Source of the DNA: Octopus sinensis | Lineage: Eukaryota | Length of the DNA: 64,000 bases | Direction: 5' to 3' | Assembly (NCBI RefSeq): GCF_006345805.1 | Contig: NC_042998.1 | Location: 158,224,001-158,288,000, forward strand | In this document: in pieces, positions 38,143 through 49,297 of the stretch | Layout of the letters: each line of letters begins with the position of its first letter | How positions within the stretch are numbered: the first letter of the stretch is position 1 | Notes under the pieces: generated by a model | Database searches by the model: none | What the model was told of the DNA's origin: nothing | Seen by the model: the letters and a program-made list of their open reading frames with translations, nothing else | Program-made: the position numbers and the translations under genes

Positions 38143-38190
38143 ATACTAATAATAATAATAATAATAATAATAATGATGATGATGATGATG
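38078..38190. repeat. (CAA)(TAC)n(TAA)n(TGA)n compound triplet repeat
   Basis: Direct reading. Confidence 0.9.
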
Positions 38191-40528
38191 AACACAGACA
38201 GAATGAACAATTCATAAGTTTAAAAACAGCACCAAGAAACTATGCCAAGAGAATGCCTGTCAGCAACAACAACAACAAAAAACAGACGAATACAGATCTG
38301 TTAGCCTTAAGAAGCTACGTTATGAGCATTGTTTTCATTCAGAGAATTCGGAGGCGGTGTTGCCTCAAAAAGTTTACCCTAAAGAGACAAATCTGTCCCC
38401 TAATGTCAGCGTCCAAGCTCGTCATGCCTCATTGATAACAAGGCAAAATACACACCGGATCTGCCATCACCCGGGTCAACAAGAGCCGCACACCCCAGGG
38501 AAAAACCAGACTGGGTGTGAAAAATCAGCTACTGGTTCAAATCTTCTCAAAACACAGGAGCTGGAAGTTCCCCACAACCGGAATATTCCAACAGATGCTT
38601 GTCCACGCTCCTCATCAAATAACCAATAGAAAAAGAATGGAAAATGGTTAAAGGGAGATAATAAAGAAGTTCTTAAGGCATTCTAACGTGCAACGTACTT
38701 CCCCACAAATAAATCTAATACTGAACAAAACAACCTAAACTGGAGACAGAAGCACCTTCAATTAAGATCCTACATAGATATTATCAGACTTGGGAACGCC
38801 AGAAGAAACATTATGAAAAGGAAATTAATAACTGAGTTACAGATTGACCTTATTAAACAATCAATAAGGGATAAAAGGAACGAAGTTGCAGCTAAATAAG
38901 ATAGTTACAGACTAACTCAGGTCTGATGAAAATACAGTAATGATAGAAAGGGTCAATGTAACTGATAACCAAACTGAAATACTCTCTAAACCAACCATAA
39001 ACACCAAGGCAGATGAAAATAAAATATATGAAGAAAGTCACACAGAAACTGACCCAACTGGACTTAATGATCTAAAAATTCAAATCATGATTGAATGGCT
39101 GAAAATTAAAGGAACCAGTATGAAGGAAAGTGACACTCTCCCAAAATTTCGCAACTTTAACCAAAACCTGAAAGTAATTGGTAAAATCCGCCTTCCATTT
39201 AAGGATATAATTCCAGCTAATGATGTTGATATTACAGATTTCAATCACCCGTACTATGCATCCGCAAAGATTTCAACAATTCTATGTGGCGAAAACAACA
39301 ACATTCCCACAAAATGCTTATTTGGCGAGAGCGTATTCAACACCAAATTCTGTTATTTGGATCTGATATAGAATGTTTAAAAACCCTTAAGTTTGACAAG
39401 AATATCAAGCCAACAAAAATCCGAAAATTAAAGAAAAAGTATATGAAAACCATATTTGACATCGATACCACCATAGAATCTATCAAGCAAAATGTATGTA
39501 CTAAAGCTGCTGGTATAGCACGGTATGAAAAGCGCGTTAGGTTCTTCAAGGAGAACAACATGTTCAAAAATAGCCCCAAAATCTTTTACAGGAAGATAGA
39601 GAAAATACCAGTTACAGTAAAGTCTGTCCTATTGAAAGAAGTGCAGGAATTTTGGAATATAATTTGGGTAGAAGAAAAAATGCACAATAATTGGATTGAT
39701 AGAATATCTACTGACTTAGATTCCTTAGAAGACAAATGTTGGAGGGTATCAAGTTGTAGTATGTAAGATCTGCTCTCAGGAAATCGAAGGGATGGCTTTG
39801 GGAAAGGACAGAATTCCTAACTTCTGGTTGAATGCTTTCTCAGAGAGTGACGAACTGTTAAGAAAACTTTACAACAATGTTTTGCAACAATCTAGTACGA
39901 TTCCTACTTGGCTGGTTGATGGTGTTACATTTCTACTTCCAAAAAATGTAGAAACAAATGAACCAATAATTATAGACCCATAACCTGCTTAACAACAATG
40001 AGTCCTGACTGAATATATCTATGTTTTTTTTTAACACAAAGTGGCATATTTCCTAATAAGCAAAAAGGATGTAAAAGTGGGTCCTATGGTTGTAAAGATC
40101 AGCTACTCGTCAATAAGATGATCTTGGAAGATTGTCACAAACAACACAAGGACTTGTGGATAGTCTGGATAGACTATAAAAGAACTTTTGATAGATAAAA
40201 ATATAAATCATCTCCTATACATGGATGATTTAAAACATTTTGCAGCTACAGGGCTCACAAGCAATTGCTAAACAGTTCAGTGATGACATCAAGATGCAAT
40301 TTGGCCTCTCTTTTACTCTTCTTCTTGTTTCAGTCATTTGACTGCGGCCATGCTGGAGCACCGCCTTTAGTCGAGCAAATAGAACCCGAGACTTATTCTT
40401 TGTAAGCCTAGTACTTATTCTATCGATCTCTTTTGCCGAACCGCTAAGTGTCGGGGATGTAAACACTCCAGCATCGGTTGTCAAGCAATGCTAGGGGGAC
40501 AAACACAGACACACAGACACACACACAT

Positions 40529-40565
<37 letters not shown>

Positions 40566-42111
40566 CGACGGGCTTCTTTCAGTTTCCGTCTACCAAATCC
40601 ATTCACAAAGCTTTGGTCGGCCCGAGGCTATAGTAGAAGACACTTGCCCAAGATGCCACGCAGTGGGACTGAACTCGGAACTATGTGATTGGTAAGCAAG
40701 CTACTTACCACACAGCTATTCCTGCGCCTATGTAAAAATGCTACTTTTATCAGAGTTAAAATGATAGAAGCGTCAAACATTAATCTTGATTAGCAGAATG
40801 TCATAAGGGAGTTAGAACCAGCGGAGAGCTACAAATACCTAGGGATATTTGAAGATGATGGAATCAAACTTTCAATGATGCGGGAAAGGATCAGAAAAGA
40901 ATATTATCACAGGGTAAAGGCGATACTCAAGATAGAGTTAAATGCAAGAAACAGGATCGAAGCGATCAATATTTTAGCCATACCGATAGTGACTTTCAGT
41001 TTCAAAATTATTAACTGGTCAATTACTGAAATATGTAACTTTGACAGAAAAATAGGAAATTTGCTGACAATGCATAGAATACACGACCCTAAGGAAGATA
41101 TACAACGACTTTACCTTCCAAGAAAAGAGGGTAGCCTCGGACTTTTACAACTGGAATTGACAATGAAGATTACCACATTTGGCCCAAACACCTACCTGAA
41201 AACTCTGATGACTGGATGTTAAAACTTGTTATAAGCACGAAACAAAGAAAACATAATACGCAGTAACAAGACAGGCATAGAAATATCTAAGTGAATTCCA
41301 ACTACAACAAATTCCAGAATTAGACGTACTAGAAACAAGTAAAGAAAAAGCTAAGCGTATGAAAACCCGTGCTAAAACTGCTACCTTAGATATTCTTACC
41401 GATAAATGGTGAGAAAAACCTCCCAATGGCAAATACTCATAGAGAGCTAATATTGCAGATGCTGCCAAAGCCCTTACCAATCAATGGTTAGTGTCTTCTG
41501 ACTTAAAATCAGGAACAAATGGGTTTATCATAGCACCCCGAGATCAATGCCCACCTACAAGGCGCTACTAGGCCAACGTATAAAAGAACGGCAGTAACCC
41601 AACACGTCGTGTATGTCAACCAGAAAGTTAAACTCTGGATCATGTCTCCATGCACAGTCTTCTTGCGCCTACAGAGTATCTGAACAAGTATGATAGAGCA
41701 GCACAGTATGTTTCAATTCCAGCGATTGTATGAGTACTCAGAATGATCAAGAAAGGAACTAAAAATTATTCGAGGATGATCCCTGGCTTATCATCCATGC
41801 AAAAAATTCAAAGGGTTGTTTTAACTGGTATGTCACACGTATTGAGAAGAGCATTGTCACTGTGAATTTTCTTTACTTTTTTACCCATTATTTTCTGTTT
41901 TCTTTTTTCCATTTTCCCTCTTTCCTCTTTCTTTCCTCTTTCTTTTTTTCTTTCTTTCTTTCTTTCTTTCTTCCCCGTTCTTTCTACCACATGACTTTGT
42001 AAATGAACAATCTGGTGTGTTTATTTTAATGGCCTACCAATGTATACAGTGAGTTTCTTTGCCGGGAAGACAGTCGGCAAGAAATGGAAACAAAAGAAGA
42101 GGAAAATAATA

Positions 42112-42167
<56 letters not shown>
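38190..42167 (+). mobile_element. R4/Dong-type LINE, near full length, heavily degraded, split by SINE A
   Basis: N-terminal GKWLK..NKEVL..LGNARRNI; RYEKRVRFFKENNMF; GKDRIPNFWL; KGCKSGSYGCKDQLL; LNARNRIEAIN; 3' UTR shared with 15094-15163; (TAA)n tail at 42106-42167. Confidence 0.85.
40308..40731 (-). mobile_element. tRNA-derived SINE family A with internal (TA/CA) tract
   Basis: Head ataggcgcaggaatagctgtgtggtaagtagcttgc..gagttcagtcccactgcgtgg; tail cagcatggccgcagtc..aagagtaaaagag. Confidence 0.9.
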
Positions 42168-42168
<1 letters not shown>

Positions 42169-42313
42169 GATATGGAAATAGAGGTAACTCGAATTTGAAG
42201 CTTAAAAACAGTAACAATTCCTATCATAGTAGGTGCATCATGTATGATAAAAAAAAACATTCAGACAAATACACAACAAAAACACAAGGACTTACAAGTA
42301 TATATAACATATA

Positions 42314-43588
42314 TAGAGGTTGGACAAAATAATGAAAACACCTAGAATCATAGAATCATAACTTTGAAATATCTATAAAACTGTTAAAAGCTTGTTTATT
42401 TTTAATGTTTTTTTTCTTGATTTATCATTAGTGTTGCTTAATATATTTTGCTAAAATTGCTGTTTCTTTTCAGATATCATCAGAAAAAGGTAATTAAAAT
42501 TCATTAAAATGACAAATCTATCGGACTTTCAAAGAGGTCAAGTTGTTGGTGCTCGTATGGTAGGCGCTAGTGTAACGAAAACAGCCGAAATGTTTGGTGC
42601 ATCAAGAAGTACTGTCTGTAAAGTAATGACAGCCTTTGAGAAAGAGGGAAAAACCTCGTCGAAACAAAACTTCGGAAGAAAATCAAAGCTTTCAGATAAG
42701 AACGTCGGACTCTTACGCGAATTGTTAGAAAGGATCACAAGGGTACAGCTCCCAAAATTACTGCAGAGCTTAATGACCACCTTGAGAACCCAGTTTCCAC
42801 ATAAACTGTTCGCTGGGAGATGTACAAAGCCGGATTTCACAGGAGGGCTGCTATCAGAAAACCACTACTTTCAAAAACAAATGTTGCAAAGCGTGTAGAG
42901 TGGAGTAAAAGCCTACAGAATTGGCCCCTAGAACAGCGGAAGAATGTTAATTTCTCAGACGAGTCATCCTTTACCTTATTTCCGACCACCGACTGAGTAT
43001 ATGTGTGGAGACAGCTAAAAGAAGCATTTCAACCAGACTGCCTTCTTCCAACTGTTAAACATGGAGGAGGATCTGTGATGATCTACGGTGGGTGGGGTGG
43101 GGGTTATATCTTGGAAATCCGCCGGTCCAATGGTTTCCCTACATAGTCAAAACTATTTAAACGTTTCATCTGATCAAATTCATCCTATGTTTGCGGAACT
43201 GTTTCCGAAGAGAAGAGCAATCTTTCAGGATGATAATGCACCAATTCGCTCAGCTAAAGTTGTTACTGATTTGCACGGGGAAAATTCTAGTGAAGTTGAA
43301 TGTCTTATCTGGTCACCACAGTTCCCAGATCTCATATTATTGAACATTTATGGTGCATTTTAGAAAAACAAGTAAGGAGTCGATATCCTCCACTAACATC
43401 ACTACAAGAACTGGAGACTGTTTTAGCTAAAGAATGGACAAAAATTCCCTTGGAAACAATTCAAACTTTGTACGAATCTATACCTCATAGAATTCAAGCT
43501 GTAATTACTGCCAAAGGTGATCCTACCCCATACTAAAATAAAGTTGCTTGAAATTTTAAGGTTTTTCCATTATTTTGTCCAACCGCTG
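42314..43588 (+). mobile_element. Tc1-type (DD34E) transposon, 1275 bp, degraded transposase
   Basis: 30-bp TIRs (t/c)ag(a/c)ggttggacaaaataatg..aa.acct with TA flanks at 42312-13 and 43589-90. Transposase reads MTNLSDFQRGQVVG, SDES, FQDDNAP and IIEHLW, ending at 43536. Confidence 0.92.
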
Positions 43589-43814
43589 TAGATAATAGCA
43601 CCACTAGGTACCACACACATCCTACGTAAAACACTTTCAATACAGTGAACATAAGAGCACCACAACAAACCACAGCTCATACCCAAGGCACACAGAGCTG
43701 CGTTGGGTAGTGCAGTGAAAATACGTGATAAAAATAAGCCTACTGAATAATAATAATGATAATTATTATTATTATTATTATTATTGTTATTATTATTATT
43801 GTTATTATCATTAT

Positions 43815-44580
43815 TTCTAATCTAGGCACAACGCCTTGAAAATTTGTTGGGTAGGGACTAGTCGATTATATTGACCTCAATGGTACTTATTTCATCGACC
43901 GCGAAAGGATGAAAGGCAAAGCCGACCTCGGCGGAATTTGAACTCAGAACGTAGCGGGAGATGAAATACGGCGAAGCATTTCGCCCGGCGTGCTTACGAT
44001 TCTGCCAGTTCGCCGCTTTAATACTAATACTAATACTAATAATAATAATGATGATGATGATGATAATAATATCAATAATAATAATGATGATGATAATAAT
44101 AATAATGGACGCGGGCGGTGATTTACCAACTGATAGTCATTTTATCAATCCTGAAAGGATGAAAAGTGTCTTACTCGTTGGAGTCTGAACTCAGAACATA
44201 AAACTGGATAAAGTGCCACTGAACATCTTTTCTGGCATAATAATATTTTTTATAATAGTTACAACGCCTGAAATTTCGAAAGAAGCGGGTAGTCGATTAC
44301 ATCGGTCCAAGCACTGATAATTGTATCCGTTCCTAAAGTATGAATTGCAAAGTCAATGTCGAGGGCATTTGAACTCTGAACGTAATGCCAAAAGATATAC
44401 CGCTAATCATTTTGTCCGACCTGCAAACGATTTCTAGGCATAAAGCCACACTTTTATCTGAGTGACGTAGTCCACTGAATCGGTGGCAATTTATCAAGGT
44501 TGTTATTTTCTCTATGGTAGAGAAATAAAAGATGTTGGACCTCGGAACGTAGAAAGACCAAAATTGCCATAAATGTTTAA
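43815..44580 (-). mobile_element. Cluster of SINE family B copies and fragments
   Basis: One clear copy at 43815-44010 (gaaaggatgaaaggcaaagccgacctcggcggaatttgaactcagaacg), then 2-3 decayed bodies. Confidence 0.75.
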
Positions 44581-44594
44581 CTATCATGGTCACT

Positions 44595-44796
44595 CTTTCT
44601 TTCTCTGTCTTTCTCTGCTCCTCCTCTCTTTCTTTCTTCTTCTTCTTCTTCTTTCTTTCGTTCTTTCTTCTTCTTCTTCTTCTTCTTCTTCTTTCTTCTT
44701 TCTTCTTCTTCTTCTTCTTTCTTTTTTCTTTCTTCTTCTTCTTTCTCACTCTCTCCCTGTCTCTGTTCTCTCTCTTCTCCCCCCTCTCTCTCCCCA
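44595..44796. repeat. (TTC)n/(CT)n pyrimidine tract
   Basis: Direct reading. Confidence 0.9.
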
Positions 44797-45266
44797 TCTA
44801 GTTGACGAGCAAGTTATCCTGCTGTATCATTCAATATTTTTCTGAGATTTGCAGAAAGGAAGCGTATAATTAATAGAATAATTTAATCCAAGAATAAATC
44901 AGTCCGCAATGAAGACACTAAGAAGCTTGGTAAACTGTCAAAAATAAATAAATAAATAAAAAAGATGAAACCAAAGCTGATATATATGCATGTATATCAA
45001 AGAAGAAAAAAACTCTACAGATATAGTATATTATAAAAAGACAGTGGGATGTGTATAGCTGACACAACAGGTGGTGCGTGTTACAAAATCTGACTTTATG
45101 CGCTAATTTATGATCAAAAGATTTATCTAATTAAAGATGCATAATCGAGTAACCAGTCTCAGGGTTTGTGCTCAATGTGACATATGTCAAAACGGATGTT
45201 CGGATAAAGATCACTTCATTCACAAATCCCCCTCTGTCTGTTTGTCTGTCTATCTATCTATCTATC

Positions 45267-45297
<31 letters not shown>

Positions 45298-45315
45298 CTA
45301 TCTGTCTATCTTTCG

Positions 45316-45346
<31 letters not shown>

Positions 45347-45609
45347 CCTGGATATTTGTTTTGCTTAGTTTTTTGGTAGGGTAAGGATGGGGAATTTCTG
45401 TGTTTGTATGTGTGTGTGGTTTAGTTTAGTTTCTGACAAAGGAGCTTATAAGAAATTAAAAGACGATGTTATCTTAATTAGTGGGTATTTAGCTGACTCA
45501 TTAAAAGTTTCTTCGTTAGTTTGCTGGCTGTTGGCTGGTGAGTTGGTTGATAAGCTGGTAATTGATTGAAAAAGAATTGGCTGTCTTTGAGTACATAGTA
45601 ATTGCATGT

Positions 45610-45961
45610 TAATAGACTGAGGTCATGCTAGGACACTGCCTTGAAGAATTTTTAATCAAATGAATAAATATCCACTACTCATTATTTTTTAAGCAGGTAT
45701 TTATTTTATCGTTCTCTTTTGCTGAACTGCTAGTTTACATAAACACACCAACCAGTGTGTCAAGCGATGGTGGGAGAACCAGCATAGACGCAAAAACACA
45801 CATATATATTGGACCGGCTTCTTTAAGTTTCCGTCTACCAAATTCACTGACAAGGTATTGGTCGGCCAGAGACTATAGAAGACTCTTGCCCAAAGTTCCA
45901 TGCAGTGGGCCTCAACCATATCGTTAGGAAGCAAGCTCCTTACCAGACAGTCACCCCTGCG

Positions 45962-45966
<5 letters not shown>
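45610..45966 (-). mobile_element. SINE family A, diverged
   Basis: ggcttctttaagtttccgtctacc..gcagtggg..cccctgcgcctat. Confidence 0.8.
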
Positions 45967-46025
<59 letters not shown>

Positions 46026-46134
46026 ATGCTATATACATAACATAATATATATATATATATGCATATATACATACATACATATATATATATATATGCATAT
46101 ATACATACATACATATATATATATATATGCATAT

Positions 46135-46177
<43 letters not shown>

Positions 46178-46221
46178 TATATACATACATACATATAATA
46201 TATATATATATATATGCATAT

Positions 46222-46253
<32 letters not shown>

Positions 46254-46504
46254 GCATATATACATACATACATATATATATATTATATATATATATGCAT
46301 ATATACATACATACATACATAATATATATATATATGCATATATACATACATATACATATAATATATATATATATATGCATATATACATACATACATACAT
46401 ATATATATATATATATGCATATATACATACATACATACATATATATATATATATGCATATATACATACATACATACATATATATATATATATATGCATAT
46501 ATAC

Positions 46505-46555
<51 letters not shown>

Positions 46556-47305
46556 CATATATATATTATATATATATATTGCATATATACATACATATAT
46601 ATATATATATATGCATATATACATACATATATATATATATATATGCATATATACATACATATATATAATATATATATATAATGCATTATACATACATACA
46701 TATATATATATATATATGCATATATACATACAGACATACATACATATATATATATATACATACATACATACATATATATATATGCATATATACATACATA
46801 CATACATATATATATTATATATGCATATATACATACATACACATATATATATTATATATATATATGCATATATACATACATACATATATATATATATGCA
46901 TATATACATACATACAATATATATATGCATATATACATACATACATATATATATATGCATGCACATATACATACATACATACATATATATATGCATATAT
47001 ACATACATACATACATATATATATATGCATGCACATATACATACATACATACATATATATATATGCATGCACATATACATACATACATACATATATATAT
47101 ATGCATGCACATATACATACATACATACATATATATTATGCATATATACATAAAATACATACATATATATATATGCATATATACATACATACAATATATA
47201 TATATGCATATATACATTACATACACATATATATGCATATATACATACATATATATATATATAAAAATATATATATATATATATATATAAATATTATATA
47301 TATAT

Positions 47306-47348
<43 letters not shown>

Positions 47349-47440
47349 CATGCATATATATATATATACGTATACACAGAAATATATATGGATATGAATA
47401 TATATATACATACATGCATATATATATACGTATATATGTA
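45964..47440. repeat. 1.5 kb compound (TA)/(TACA) array with a ~30-bp higher-order unit
   Basis: Recurring atgcatatatacatacatacatatatat. Confidence 0.9.
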
Positions 47441-47535
47441 GGTCCGGGTTGAGTCGGGGTTAACCACAGTAATAATTTTATAGAAGGAGCTTCTACAGGA
47501 CTAGAACTGGTAGAAGCTCCTTCTATAAAATAAAT
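47441..47535 (-). mobile_element. 3' remnant of the 30538-30897 family with a fold-back duplication
   Basis: ccgggttga.tcggggttaaccacagtaa..tagaaggagcttctacaggactagaactg is shared with 30541-30639. Confidence 0.8.
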
Positions 47536-47780
47536 ATATACGGTATATATATCTATATATATATCATATATATTATATATATATATATATAATTATATAT
47601 ATATATATATATATGATATATATTGTTATATTTCGTATATAGTGCGTGTGTTTTTATTGGCTAAACTGGCAATATGACCATTCCGAAATATAACAATATC
47701 TGTTTCAACACACGACTTCACATAAAAAATCTTGCGCAACAAATATTTAAACGTATATATATATATATATATATATGAAC

Positions 47781-48062
47781 ACAATTGGAGCGTGGAAGGT
47801 GTTTATAAGCCATTTAAGAAACACACAAAAGCCGTTCGATTCACTTCCCCGACCTGTTCACTGACAAAAATCCGTGCTGCACGGATTTTTGTCAGTGAAC
47901 AGGTCGCGGATTTGGCGACGAAAATATTTTGACAAATTAAACTTAAATGTTGAAGTGAATCGAAAGGCTTTTCTTAAATGGCTTATAAACACCTTCCACG
48001 CTGCAATTGTTTTCGTTTCAGCACACGATCTCAGATCAAATTACTTGCTATGCGAGTACATC
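47781..48062. mobile_element. Palindromic head-to-head repeat with a HHR-like motif, between (TA)n arrays
   Basis: Perfect 28-bp arms 47850-47877 / 47879-47906 and outer arms 47781-47847 / 47952-48010. Confidence 0.75.
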
Positions 48063-48063
48063 T

Positions 48064-48113
<50 letters not shown>

Positions 48114-48418
48114 GCATACATGTATGTATATATATACATATATATATACATATATAAATACATACTATATATATATATGTATATATACTTAAAACATATA
48201 TATAATGTATATATATACATATATATAATGTATATATATACATATGTATAATGTATATATATACATATGTATAATGTATATATACTATATGTATAATGTA
48301 TATATATACAATATATAATGTATATATATACATATATATAATGTATATATATACATATATATAATGTATATATATACATATATATAATGTATATATATAT
48401 ATATATATAATGTATATT

Positions 48419-48450
<32 letters not shown>

Positions 48451-48517
48451 CATACATGTATATATACTTGGAAATGGATGCATGGCGTTTAATTAAATTA
48501 TATATATATATAACATA

Positions 48518-48915
48518 TCTCTTTTACTCTTTTACTTGTTTCAGCCATTCGACTGCGGCCATGCTGGAGCACCGCCTTTAATCGAGCAACTCGACCCCGG
48601 GGCTTATTATTTTGTAAGCCCAGTACTTATTCTACCGGTATCTTTTGCCGAACCGCTAAGTAACGGGGACATAAACACACCAGCATGGTTGTCAAGCAAT
48701 GCTAGGGGGACAAACACAGACACAAAAACCACACACTCATATATATACATATATACGATGGGCTTCTTTCAGTTCCGTCTAAAATCCACTCACAAGGCGT
48801 TGGTCGGCCCGAGGCTATAGTAGAAGACACTGCCCAAGGTGCACGCAGTGGGACTGAACCCGGAAACCATGTGAGTGGAACAAGCTAGTTACCACACAGC
48901 CACTCCTGCACCTAT
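48518..48915 (-). mobile_element. SINE family A, full length
   Basis: Same head and tail as 40308-40731. Confidence 0.9.
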
Positions 48916-48941
48916 CATATACATACATGCATACATATGTA

Positions 48942-48973
<32 letters not shown>

Positions 48974-49211
48974 CCTATATAAATACATATATATATATAT
49001 GTATATATACGTATAAACATATATATAATATATATATACATATATATACATACATATACATATATATACATATATATACATACATATGCATACATATATA
49101 CATATATATATATATATAAATACATATATATATATATACATACATGTATATATACTTGGAAATGGATGCATGGCGTTTAATTAAATTATATTATATATAT
49201 ATATATATATG

Positions 49212-49247
49212 GAGAGAGAGAGAGAGAGAGAGAGAAAGAAGGAGAGA

Positions 49248-49297
<50 letters not shown>
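49212..49297. repeat. (GA)n microsatellite at the Tx1 3' end
   Basis: Direct reading. Confidence 0.95.
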
